The position numbers and the translations under genes are program-made. The notes under the pieces were generated by a model. It saw only the letters and a list, made by a program, of their open reading frames with translations, did no database searches and was not told the DNA's origin. A stretch of 64,000 nt of DNA from an uncultured Acidimicrobiia bacterium. GTDB lineage: Bacteria > Actinomycetota > Acidimicrobiia > IMCC26256 > JAENVU01. The DNA is taken from positions 20,272-84,271 of the forward strand of contig CAWFYD010000004.1 of the NCBI GenBank assembly GCA_963819945.1, in the 5' to 3' direction. The stretch's first letter is position 1; every line of letters begins with the position of its first letter. Of the stretch, positions 40,637 to 49,996 are shown one piece after another.

Positions 40637-41811
40637 GTGCGCACGCTGGTCACCACGTCGCGAATGCCGTTCGCGGTCGACGAGATCCGCAAGCTCGGAG
40701 AGGTCGGGCAACGACGTCACCGCGGTCGACACCTTCAAGGCGTCACCCGGCAGTCACTCCCGTGGTGCGGCCCGTCACATCGAAGTGCCGGCACCCGCGC
40801 AGGAGACCGAGCGAGTTCATCGACGCGATCGTCGGCATCGTGGCGGACCAGCAGATCGAATGGCTCCTCCCGATGTTCGAGGAGGTCTTCTATCTCGCCG
40901 CGCACCGGGACCGCCTCGAGGGGAAGTGCGAGCCTCTTCTTCCCCGACTTCGCGACGCTGGCCCAGGTGCACGACAAGGTCTCCTTCGCCGCGCTGTGCC
41001 GCCGGCTCGGCCTCTCCGTCGCCGAGTCGGTGACCGCGACCTCACCGGAGGAGCTGCGGCCGCCATCGGCCGATTCGACCACTGGTTCGCCCGCGCCGCC
41101 TACGGCCGGGGCGGGCTCAACATCCTGACCAACACGGGCCCGCTGGCCGGCGAAGGCCAGCGTCGACGATGCCGTGCCGACGCCCGACGACCCGTGGCTC
41201 GTGCAGGAGTACCTCGACGGCGTGGACCTGTGCAGCTGGAGCGTCGTGCACGACGGCGAGATCGCGCTGCACTCCACCTACGAGCACGCGCTCACCATCG
41301 ACAACCGCGGCGGCATCGTCTTCGAGTCGATCGACTCGCCGGAGACGCTCGACGCCGCGCAGCGGATCGTCAGCCGAGCTCGGCTGGACCGGCCAGGTGA
41401 GCTTCGACTTCCTGCGCACCGAGGACGGTGTCCACCACCTCGTCGAGTGCAACCCGCGCCCGACCGACGGGTGCACGCTCGCCACGCCCGAAGAGCTCGA
41501 CGCCGCGCTGTTCGGTCCCCGTCCACCGGCACCGGTCGTCGTGCCGCCGGCCGCAAGCGCGAGATCAAGGAAGCGGTGTTGCGCGACATGTTCCAGCACC
41601 TCGGCCGCTTCCGCTCCGACTACGAGGCCGCCAAGGGTGGTTCGGACGTCTACGCCCAGCATCACGACCACCTGCCCTGCTGTACACGGTGCTCTCGCTC
41701 CAGCACGTCAAGGCGTACCGCAAGACGCTCGGCATCGATCACAAGTCCCGTGAGGACCTGATGGCGGCCCAGTTCTTCGACGTGGCCTGGGACGGCGACC
41801 CGATCTCGTGA
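40637..41811 (+). pseudogene. ATP-grasp domain enzyme, at least 8 frameshifts
   Basis: GGGAGG lies before GTG 40637. Recovered pieces are FIDAIVGIVADQQIEWLLPMFEEVFYLAAHRDRL, LFFPDFATLAQVHDKVSFAALCRRLGL, PWLVQEYLDGVDLCSWSVVHDGEI and GQVSFDFLRTEDGVHHLVECNPRPTDG. Confidence 0.7.
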
Positions 41812-41824
41812 CGCGCCGCTCCGC

Positions 41825-42716
41825 ATGACGCTCGCCATCGTCCTGTCGCTGCTCGCGGCACTGCTGTTCGCCCTGGCGTCGGTGCTCCAACAGCGCGGAA
41901 CCGCCGGCATCTCGGACGAGGACGCGCTGGGCGCCGGGATGCTGACCGCATTGTTCCGGCGACCGATCTGGCTCCTCGGCATCACCGCGGACATCGCCGG
42001 CTTCGGCGTGCAGGCCGCGGCGCTCGCGGTGGGCAGCCTGCTCCTGGTCCAGCCGCTGCTCGTGACGACCTTGCTGTTCGCGTTGCCGATGGCCGCGCGC
42101 TTCGCGCACCGCAGCCTCTCCGCGGACGAGTGGCGCTGGTCCGGACTCCTGGCGGTCTCGCTCGTCGTGTTCGTGGTGATGGGGGAGCCGACCGCCGGTC
42201 GCGACGATCCGTCGTTCCGCGCCTGGCTGCCCGACGATCGTGGTGGTGGTCCCGCTGGTCGGCGCGTGCGTCTTCGCGGCCGCCGGGCTGCCCCACGGCA
42301 CCCGCCGGTCACTCGTGCTCGCGGTCGCGGCCGGCGTGCTGCTCGGTGTGTCGGCTCCGCTGACGAAGACCGCCATCGCCGGGTTCGACGACGGCTTCAT
42401 CGAAGGGCTGTCGCGCTGGGAGCTCTGGGGGATGGCGCTCACCGCGTCGCTCGGGACGTTCTGGCAGCAGTCGAGCTACCAGGCGGGAGACGTGCAGACG
42501 AGCCTCCCCGCGGTGACGGTGCTGAAGCCGCTCGTGGCGATGGCCCTCGGGCTCACGATCTACGAGGAGACGCTGAAGATCGGTGGCGTCGGCGATCTGC
42601 TGCTGCTGGCGTCGATCGTCACGATGGTGTGGGCGACGATCGTCCTCGGCCGGCTCGCCGCGCCGGATCTGGCCGAGCCGCCGCCGGCCCCACCCGAGGC
42701 CGCCGCCCCGGCCTGA
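41825..42716 (+). pseudogene. DMT-superfamily (NIPA/EamA-like) membrane protein, one +1 frameshift near 42235
   Basis: ORF 41825..42760 (MTLAIVLSLLAALLFALASVLQQRG...) is continued by ORF 42240..42716 (VVVPLVGACVFAAAG...LLLLASIVTMVWATIVLG). About 9-10 hydrophobic segments. Confidence 0.7.
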
Positions 42717-42745
42717 CCCGACCGGCGTCTCGCGCGGCGGTAGCA

Positions 42746-42774
42746 AAACTGTTACGGTAACGGTTTCGTTACGG
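42746..42774. promoter_or_regulatory. AT-rich imperfect palindrome plus direct half-site; candidate ArsR-type operator
   Basis: AAACTGTTACGGTAACGGTTT (42746-42766) matches its reverse complement at 18 of 21 positions. GTTACGG is repeated at 42768-42774. The element lies 15-45 nt upstream of ATG 42789 and is a conspicuous AT island in GC-rich DNA. Confidence 0.5.
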
Positions 42775-42788
42775 AATAGGAGGCGCGC

Positions 42789-43122
42789 ATGAGCGTCACG
42801 GTCGTCCGCTACACCACGAAGCCCGATCGAGCCGACGAGAACCAGGCGCTTCGTCGAGAAGGTGTTCGCCGAGCTGAACGCCGAACGCCCGGACGGGCTG
42901 CGCTACATCACGTTCCGGCTCGCGGACGGCGTGAGCTTCGTGCACGTCGCGTCGGTCTCGAGCGCCGATGGGGTCAACCCGCTGGGATCAACGCCCGCGT
43001 TCGGCGACTTCCAACGGGAGATCGCGGACCGCCTGGTCGACGGCCCGGTGGTCTCGGAGGCGACCGTCGTCGGTTCCTACGGCTTCCCGGCCGACGTCGA
43101 CACTGGAGAGGGCCAGGCATGA
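42789..43122 (+). pseudogene. Small ABM/Dabb-like protein, one +1 frameshift near 42852
   Basis: MSVTVVRYTTKPDRADENQAL is followed by VEKVFAELNAERPDGLRYITFRLADGVSFVHVASV... (ORF 42862..43122). AGGAGG lies before the ATG. Confidence 0.6.
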
Positions 43123-43526
43123 GCGACGGCGACGGAACCCGCGACCAACCATGGGTGCTGACGACTCCGAGCGGCGGCTCCGAGTACACCGCGTACCGCG
43201 ACGAGACGTTCGATCCGCCGGCGCTCGTCGTGCAGGTCGGCAAGACCCAGCTCCAGTACCGCCTGCAGTGCATCGAGGATCTCCGGGCGATGCTGGTCGC
43301 AGACGGCGACTGGGTGCCGCTCGGCAACGCCGACGAGCAGAAGCCGGCGAAGGCCGGAACCGTCGAGGCCTGGGCGCGCGCCGCCGACAATCCGGTCGGC
43401 GGGTGGTACGGCCTGAAGAAGGGGCTACGCGGGCGCTTCGGCAACTACGTTCCGCCGGTGCTGGAGCAGCTCGGGCTGGCGGAGGTGGAGCACAACGCCC
43501 GCAACAACCGGATGCGGGCGCGATGA
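43119..43526 (+). CDS. Conserved hypothetical protein (135 aa)
   Basis: ATG 43119 sits in an ATGA overlap. Intact. ...GWYGLKKGLRGRFGNYVPPVLEQLGLAEVEHNARNNRMRA. No family name recalled. Confidence 0.55.
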   Translation: MSDGDGTRDQPWVLTTPSGGSEYTAYRDETFDPPALVVQVGKTQLQYRLQCIEDLRAMLVADGDWVPLGNADEQKPAKAGTVEAWARAADNPVGGWYGLKKGLRGRFGNYVPPVLEQLGLAEVEHNARNNRMRAR

Positions 43527-43861
43527 GCGCGGCGGTACCGGCGGGCGACCCCTTCGACGCACTGGGTGACCCGAACCGGCGGGCGATCGTCGAGCTGCTG
43601 AGCGTCGAGGGCCGATCGGTGCAACAGCTCGCCGACTCGCTGCCGATCAGCCGGCCGGCGGTGTCCCGGCATCTCAAGCTGCTGAAGGAAGCGGGGCTGG
43701 TCACCGAGGAGCCTGCGGGCACGCGCCGGATCTACCGGTTGCACGACGACGGCATCGAAGCCGTCCAGGCCTATCTCGAACAGGTCTGGGGTGAGACGAT
43801 CGCCCGCTTTCGGCTGACGGCCGAGAACACGACGCCGAGGAAGCGAGCGAAGCGCGCATGA
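43523..43861 (+). CDS. ArsR/SmtB-family transcriptional regulator
   Basis: ATGA overlap at 43523. FDALGDPNRRAIVELLSVEGRSVQQLADSLPISRPAVSRHLKLLKEAGLV is the HTH. Confidence 0.9.
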   Translation: MSAAVPAGDPFDALGDPNRRAIVELLSVEGRSVQQLADSLPISRPAVSRHLKLLKEAGLVTEEPAGTRRIYRLHDDGIEAVQAYLEQVWGETIARFRLTAENTTPRKRAKRA

Positions 43862-44307
43862 TCGAGCCGCTGCGGCTGAGCTTCGAGATCGACTGCCCAC
43901 CCGAACACGCCTTCGACGTCTGGACGACCCGGCTCGCGACGTGGTGGCCGAAGGGTCACTCGACATCCGGTGATCCGGACATGCAGGTCGTGCTCGAACC
44001 GCGTCTCGGGGGCCGCATCTTCGAACGCACGCCGGACGGCACCGAGATCGACTGGGGTGAGATCACGGTCTGGAACCCACCGTTGCGCCTCGGCTACCTC
44101 TGGCACATCGCGCGTGATCGCCGCGACGCGACCGACGTGGAGCTCACCTTCGTCGACGCGGGTGACGGCCGGACGCGACTCGAGATCGTGCATGCGGGCT
44201 GGGAGCGGCTGGGCGAGGAAGGTCTCGCCTGGCGCAACGCCAACACGAACGGCTGGGCCGCGCTGATCCCGTCGTTCCAAGCCGCCGCCGGGCAGATCTC
44301 GGCCTGA
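43858..44307 (+). CDS. SRPBCC / AHSA1 (Aha1-like) domain protein
   Basis: ATGA overlap at 43858. Intact. AFDVWTTRLATWWPKGHS...G..I.WGEITVWNPP.RL.Y.W. Confidence 0.8.
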   Translation: MIEPLRLSFEIDCPPEHAFDVWTTRLATWWPKGHSTSGDPDMQVVLEPRLGGRIFERTPDGTEIDWGEITVWNPPLRLGYLWHIARDRRDATDVELTFVDAGDGRTRLEIVHAGWERLGEEGLAWRNANTNGWAALIPSFQAAAGQISA

Positions 44308-44327
44308 CGGACGGTCACTCGGGGCGG

Positions 44328-44897
44328 TCAGTCGGGGCGGGCCCGAGACTTCGCGAGGAGCTGGACGAGCTCGACTTCGAGCGCGGCGATTGCCGTGACG
44401 TCCTCCGGCTCGACGCCGAGTGGGCCCGGGAACAGCACCGCGGCCACGGAGGCCCCGGCTGTACGCAGCGCCATGAGCCGCGCGACGTCCGGCTCGAGTC
44501 CGTAGCTCTCGCGGTACATCTCGACGACCTGGTCGATGAGCGGCGTCGGGCGGGGCCCGTCCAGCGAACCCGGCTCCGCGGCGACGAGCCAGTTCATGAG
44601 CACGATGGCGGTTCGGATGTCCGGGCGCAGCGGCGCGTCGGTCGAGATGGGTCCGACCTGGCTGGTGCTCTCGCTGGCGAGCCGGTCGAACGCGGCGCGG
44701 AACAAGCCGACCTTGCCGCCGAACCAGGCCTGGACGAACCGGTGGTGGTGGCCCGACGCCTCGGCGACGTCTCGCGTCGTGATCTGGTCCGGACCCCGCT
44801 CGCGCAACAGCCGGACGGTGGCGTCGATCATGTTGTCGGTGCCCTGGTCCCGCCGGGTGCGGGTGTGAGGGGTCGCTCGATCCGCACGCGGAGGCAT
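44328..44897 (-). CDS. TetR-family transcriptional regulator
   Basis: Intact. The N-terminal HTH is MIDATVRLLRERGPDQITTRDVAEASGHHHRFVQAWF. Confidence 0.8.
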   Translation of the reverse strand: MPPRADRATPHTRTRRDQGTDNMIDATVRLLRERGPDQITTRDVAEASGHHHRFVQAWFGGKVGLFRAAFDRLASESTSQVGPISTDAPLRPDIRTAIVLMNWLVAAEPGSLDGPRPTPLIDQVVEMYRESYGLEPDVARLMALRTAGASVAAVLFPGPLGVEPEDVTAIAALEVELVQLLAKSRARPD

Positions 44898-44952
44898 CAG
44901 GGCAGTGTATTGACCCGGCGGTCAGAGCTTGCGATCTCGGGCCGTGTCCGGA

Positions 44953-45996
44953 TCACGCCGAAGGGTCGGGCGCTCCGAGCGCAGTCGGGACAAGATCCCA
45001 TGCCTCGGCCAGCAGCTCGTAGGAACGCAGTCGATCCGCCGGGCCATGGATGATCGAGGTGATCATCAGCTCGTCCGCGCCCGTTCGTGCGGCGAGTGCT
45101 TCGAGCTCGGCGACCGCGTGCTGCGGCGTCCCGCAGATCAGGGGTGAGTTCCACCCTTTGATGATCTCCTTCTCCATTGGCGTGAACACGTGCTCGGCCG
45201 CGGCCTGCGGAGTCGGGATCTGTGCCGGGCGACCCTGACGGAGCCGGGCGAACGACAGCGCGCTCGGCCCGGCCAACCACCGCGCCTGCTCCTCGCTCTC
45301 GCCGCAGATCACCGGCACACCGATCATCGAGTACGGCTCAGCCAGCTCCGGCGACGGCCGGAAGGCCTCGCGGTAGACGTCGAGCGCGGCCACCGTGTTG
45401 TGCGACGCGAAGTGGTGCGCGAACGAGAACGGCAGGCCCAGCGCCCCGGCGACCTGCGCGCTGAAGTCGCTCGAGCCGAGCATCCAGATCGCCGGTCGGT
45501 AGCCGCGACCCGGGACGGCCGTGATCTGCGGATGGGTGCCGGCGAAGAACAGGAACAAGTCGCGGAGCTGCTCCGGGAACTCGTCGGCGGCGAGCGAATC
45601 CGGGCGACGGCGCAGGGCCGCCGCGGTGACCGGATCGGTACCGGGAGCTCGACCGATGCCGAGATCGATCCGGCCGGGATGCAGCGCTTCCAGCATGCCG
45701 AACTGCTCGGCCACCACCAGTGATGCGTGATTGGGCAGCATGACCCCGCCGGCGCCGATGCGGATCGTCTCGGTCGACGCGGCCAGATGGGAGATGAGCA
45801 CCGGGGGAGAGGAGCTCGCGATTCCGGGCATGTTGTGATGCTCCGCCACCCACAGCCGCGCGTATCCGAGGCGTTCGGCGAGCCGGGCGAGGTCCGTCGA
45901 GCCGGCCAACGCCCGGGCGGGGTTCGATCCGTCGCCGACCGGAACCAGGTCGAGCACCGAGAGCAGCGGGCGCGGGCGTGACCTCACGTCAGTCAT
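44953..45996 (-). CDS. LLM-class flavin-dependent oxidoreductase (luciferase family)
   Basis: Intact 347 aa. LSVLDLVPV, LGYARLWVAEHHNMPGIASS, IRIGAGGVMLPNH, GRIDLGIGRAPG. Confidence 0.85.
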   Translation of the reverse strand: MTDVRSRPRPLLSVLDLVPVGDGSNPARALAGSTDLARLAERLGYARLWVAEHHNMPGIASSSPPVLISHLAASTETIRIGAGGVMLPNHASLVVAEQFGMLEALHPGRIDLGIGRAPGTDPVTAAALRRRPDSLAADEFPEQLRDLFLFFAGTHPQITAVPGRGYRPAIWMLGSSDFSAQVAGALGLPFSFAHHFASHNTVAALDVYREAFRPSPELAEPYSMIGVPVICGESEEQARWLAGPSALSFARLRQGRPAQIPTPQAAAEHVFTPMEKEIIKGWNSPLICGTPQHAVAELEALAARTGADELMITSIIHGPADRLRSYELLAEAWDLVPTALGAPDPSA

Positions 45997-46005
45997 TCTG
46001 TCGGT

Positions 46006-46491
46006 TCAACCGCCCCGATCCCCGCCATCTTCCCGTGCGTGCAGATCGGCGTAATGGCTGAGCCAACGCTCGGAGATGACCTGGGCAGACGTGCCGTCGT
46101 CGTAGGCCGGCGAGACGAGCGACGCGGCAGCGGTGACTTCGATCACCACGATCGAGCGCACGCGGTCGCGCGTGATGGTGGAGCCGTGTTCCCGGAGCAC
46201 GGCGAGGCCGCGGTCGAACAGGGGCCCCTCGGTGTAGACGGTCGCGACACCTTTGAAGCGGTACCCCTTGCGCACGATGGGATCGACGACGTTCACCTCG
46301 ACGTTCGGGTTCGACGCGAGGTTCTGCACAGTCCCTGGCGACGCGACATCGGCGAACATCAGATGGTGGTCGTCCCACACCGTCGTCGTTCCCTTGGGCG
46401 AGAGGTTGGGTCGACCGTCCGGGGTGACGGTCGCCACGAAGCCGAGCCGCTGCTCCAGGACGACCTGTTGCATGTCCGCGGTCAGCTCCAT
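46006..46491 (-). CDS. Pyridoxamine 5'-phosphate oxidase-family (split-barrel flavin/F420) protein
   Basis: Intact 161 aa. LGFVATVTPDGRPNLSPKGT..VWDDHHLMFADV.SP.T..NL. Confidence 0.75.
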   Translation of the reverse strand: MELTADMQQVVLEQRLGFVATVTPDGRPNLSPKGTTTVWDDHHLMFADVASPGTVQNLASNPNVEVNVVDPIVRKGYRFKGVATVYTEGPLFDRGLAVLREHGSTITRDRVRSIVVIEVTAAASLVSPAYDDGTSAQVISERWLSHYADLHAREDGGDRGG

Positions 46492-46495
46492 CCCG

Positions 46496-47627
46496 CTACC
46501 CGATCGCTACGGGTTCCAGCTCCCGCTCGCGGTGCTGGTCGTAGGCCCACCCGGGACCGCGGAAGACGAACGAGAGGCGGTCACGCCAGTTCGTCGAACC
46601 GGCCACGTCACGGAGGATGTCGGCGTGCTCGTGCGTGGCGATCCGGGCGGGGTTGAAGGTGGCGATGTTCTTCGTCAGGCCGTACACGACGTCTTCGCGT
46701 TCGGGCTCGAACGTCCCGAACAGCCGGTCCCACACGATCAGGATGCTGCCGTGGTTCCGATCCAGGTACTGGCGGTTCATCCCGTGATGCACGCGGTGAT
46801 GCGACGGCGTGTTCAGCACCTCCTCGGCCGGACCGAGGCGACGGATCGTGTCGGTGTGGATCCAGTACTGGTACAGCAGGTTGATCGCTCGCGCGGACGC
46901 GATCATCTCGGGTCGGAAGCCGAGCACGCACAACGCGCTGTACGGCAGGAACGTGCCGAACACGTCGGCGACGGGTTGGCGGAGCGCGGTCGAGAGGTTG
47001 TACCGCTGGCTCGAGTGGTGCACGACGTGGATCGCCCACATGTACCGGCTCTCGTGCATGAAGCGGTGGTTCCAGTAGTAGATGAAGTCCCACGCCAGCG
47101 TCGCCCCCGCCAGTGCGAGGGGACCGGTACCGAGATCACGCCCGCCCCGCAGCTTCCACATGCGCGCCGGAGTGACGGAGGTTTGGAGCGCGGTCGTGAT
47201 CGCGATCCCGCCCGTCGACCACGGCCGCCACGCCTCCCGCCCGCGCGACCTGGCGGGCCCGCCGGGCGGCGTCGCGCCGGCCCCGTCGACCACCGGAGCG
47301 CACCTCGGTCGCTCGTTCCGCCCGCCGCGCGAATGCATCCGCGACGGTGGTGACCGCGACGCTGCCGACCGCGGTGGCGAGGAGCGCCTTGCCCAGCTTT
47401 CCCTTCCCCGGCACGAACGGCCCGAGCAGCTTCGGCAGCACCATCGGGGCCAGCAGGCTGAGCACACCCATCGAGAGGCTGGCGAACGTGTCGTCGCGGG
47501 TGTAGTCCGCGGCGGACGGGCCGAGGCGCTCCGCGCGCTTGCGCAGATATGCCGCCTCGACGCCCATCGTCGCGAAGTATCCCGGAGTCGCGGCGGCCGT
47601 CAGATCCACGGAACGGAGGGTACTCAC
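46496..47627 (-). pseudogene. Fatty acid hydroxylase / sterol desaturase superfamily membrane protein, at least one frameshift near 47200-47350
   Basis: His boxes HRFMH, HVVHH and HHRVHH are in ORF 46496..47467. The N-terminal part VSTLRSVDLTAAATPGYFATMGVEAAYLRKRAERL...KALLATAVGSVAV is in the ORF 47136..48359 frame. GTG at 47627. Confidence 0.75.
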
Positions 47628-47654
47628 GGAGGGCCCGAGGGTTACGGTTCCGTG

Positions 47655-48679
47655 ATGGCTGATGCCGAGTCCGTCGAAGTCGAGGCCGCGGGCCACACCG
47701 TCCGGGTGACCAGCCCGGACAAGGTGATGTTCCCCGAGATCGGAACCACCAAGCTCGACGTCGTGCGGTACTACCAAGCCGTGGAGCCGCCGCTCATGAA
47801 CGCCATGCGCCGGCGGCCGGTGCTGATGGAGCGGTTCCCCCGTGGCGTCGGAAAGTCGTCCTTCTTCCAGAAGCGCGTTCCCGACGACGTGCCCGATTGG
47901 CTCGAGACCACCGTTGTCAGCACGCCGAACGGCACGACCTCCCGAGCGCTGGTCGCCGCGGATCTCGCGCACATCATCTGGGCGGTCAACCTCGCCTGCC
48001 TCGGGTTCCACGTCTGGCCCAACACCGCCGACGACGACGAGCACGCCGACGAGCTGCGCATCGACCTCGACCCGCAGCCCGGCACGGACTTCGAGCAGGC
48101 CCGACTCGCCGCCCAGGAGGTCCGCAGCGCTCTTCGACGAGGTCGGCATCGTGAGCTGGCCGAAGACGACGGGGAACCGGGGGATCCACGTGTACGTCCG
48201 GCTCGAACGCCAGTGGTCGCCGATCCAGGTGCGGGCCGGCGCGGTGGCGGTGGCACGAGAGCTCGCCCGCCGCCGCCCCGACCTGATCACGGACGCGTGG
48301 TGGAAGGAGGAGCGCGGCGAGCGCATCTTCGTGGACTTCAACCAGAACGCACCGCACAAGACCGTGTTCGGCGCGTGGTCCGTGCGCTCCCGTCCGGGTG
48401 CTCAGGTATCGACGCCGTTCACGTGGGACGAGCTCGACACGATCGACCCCGAGGCGCTGACGCTGGCCACCGTTCCCGAACGGGTCGCCCGTCACGGCGA
48501 TCCGTGGGGGCCGATCGACGAGCGAGCCGCAGTCCTTGTCACCACTGCTCGAGATGTCCGAACGGGATCTCGCATCCGGGCTGCTCGATGCGCCGTGGCC
48601 CCCCGTGTACCCGAAGATGCCGGGGGAGCCGCCCCGGGTGGCGCCGAGCCGAGCGAAGAAGACGCCAAAGCAGAAGTGA
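47655..48679 (+). pseudogene. Stand-alone LigD-type NHEJ polymerase/primase domain (PolDom), two +1 frameshifts (about 48125, 48525)
   Basis: VRVTSPDKVMFPE, VVRYYQAV, MERFPRGV..SFFQK, ELRIDLDP, WPKTTGNRGIHVYVRL, IFVDFNQN. The tail PLLEMSERDLASGLLDAPWPPVYPKMPGEPPRVAPSRAKKTPKQK has its stop at 48677-48679. Confidence 0.8.
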
Positions 48680-48768
48680 TCCGTCTTCCAAAATCAACAC
48701 TTCGGTGCCAGGATCGTGGCGCACGGAGCCCGCGGCGCCGGGTACCGCAAACCGTGGAGGTCTCACCC

Positions 48769-49884
48769 ATGACCACGTTCGCGTTCGATCCCGGAACCGA
48801 CCACCTGGACGTCGACAGCCCGAGCACCACGGTCTTCGACTTCGACTACACCGAAGGGCGCGAGCAGCTGCTCCGCCTGTACGACAAGGGCACGCGCCGG
48901 CAATGGATCGGCGAGGACCGGTTGGACTGGTCCCTCGACGTCGACCCGGACAACCCGCTCGGAATGCCGGACGAGGTGCACCCGCTCTTCGGTTCGCCGT
49001 GGTGGGAGAAGATGAACGAATCGGAGCGGGGCGAGGTGCGGCGGCACTGGGAGTCCTGGCGGTTCAGCCAGTTCATGCACGGTGAGCAGGGTGCACTGAT
49101 CTGCACCGCCAAGATCGTGCAGACGGTCCCGGACATCGACAGCAAGTTCTACGCCGCGACCCAGGTCATCGACGAAGCTCGCCACGTCGAGGTGTACAGC
49201 CGGTACCTCCACGAGAAGCTGCAGCTGGTCTACCCGTTGAACCGCCACCTCGGGAGCCTGCTCGAGGACGTCGTCGCGGACGCCCGCTGGGACATGACGT
49301 ACCTCGGCATGCAGGTGATCATCGAAGGCCTGGCGCTCGCGGCCTTCGGCTTGATCCGCAACATGGCGACCGAACCGCTCGGGAAGGCCCTCAATGCGTA
49401 CGTGATGCAGGACGAAGCCCGCCACGTCATGTTCGGCCGGCTCGCGCTCCGTGACTACTACCCGCAGCTCACCGAGGCCGAGCGGGACGAGCGCGAGGAG
49501 TTCTGCGTCGAAGCGTGCTACCTGATGCGCGACCGCTTCCTCGGCGAAGAGGTGTGGGCGCGCGTCGGGCTCCCGCAGGAAGCGGCGGAGTACGTCGAGC
49601 ACAGCGACATCATGAAGGAGTTCCGCGGCTACCTCTTCATGCGCATCGTGCCGATCCTGAAGGACATCGGGCTCTGGGGGCCCCGGATCCAGGGCGCCTT
49701 CCGCGACATGGGCGTCATGCAGTTCGCCGAGTCGGACCTCGACGCCGAGATGGCGAACGACGAGCAGGCCGCGCAGGACCTGGACGACCCGCCTCGATCA
49801 CGTGAAGACGGTCGCCGCGGAAGCCTGAGGCATGCGGGCAGCGCGCTGCAGGTCCCATCTGCGCCCCGATCGCCTCCGAAGTGA
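48769..49884 (+). CDS. Ferritin-like diiron oxygenase family protein
   Basis: GTGGAGG lies before ATG 48769. Two EARH motifs (VIDEARHVEVY, MQDEARHVMF) plus HGEQGAL and IIEGLAL. The C-terminus may instead end at 49828 (RLDHVKTVAAEA) if a shift is present. Confidence 0.75.
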   Translation: MTTFAFDPGTDHLDVDSPSTTVFDFDYTEGREQLLRLYDKGTRRQWIGEDRLDWSLDVDPDNPLGMPDEVHPLFGSPWWEKMNESERGEVRRHWESWRFSQFMHGEQGALICTAKIVQTVPDIDSKFYAATQVIDEARHVEVYSRYLHEKLQLVYPLNRHLGSLLEDVVADARWDMTYLGMQVIIEGLALAAFGLIRNMATEPLGKALNAYVMQDEARHVMFGRLALRDYYPQLTEAERDEREEFCVEACYLMRDRFLGEEVWARVGLPQEAAEYVEHSDIMKEFRGYLFMRIVPILKDIGLWGPRIQGAFRDMGVMQFAESDLDAEMANDEQAAQDLDDPPRSREDGRRGSLRHAGSALQVPSAPRSPPK

Positions 49885-49996
49885 CCGCGTAGTAAGTAGC
49901 GGTGCTTGAAACCCGCGGCGGGGGCGGTAAGACTCGACGGGCTGTCACACGGCATGATCAAGGGTCACGTTCACGGGAATCTTCGGGGGGAACTCG

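Noticed and set aside
38872-41400. An 842-aa ORF that looks like one giant gene.
   Set aside because: It is a chimera. It picks up in-frame pieces of the secreted hydrolase and the ATP-grasp gene, linked by out-of-frame Arg-rich read-through. The real genes are recovered by following the family-typical peptide through the other frames.
44307-44340. A near-perfect 13-nt tandem direct repeat (tcactcggggcgg / tcagtcggggcgg) between the convergent SRPBCC and TetR genes.
   Set aside because: It is a short, single occurrence that overlaps the TetR stop codon, with no hairpin potential. Probably fortuitous.
49905-49940. A possible sigma-70-type promoter upstream of the ABC transporter operon (TTGAAA ... 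TAAGAC).
   Set aside because: The -10 candidate lacks the conserved final T, and the spacing is approximate. Not strong enough to annotate.
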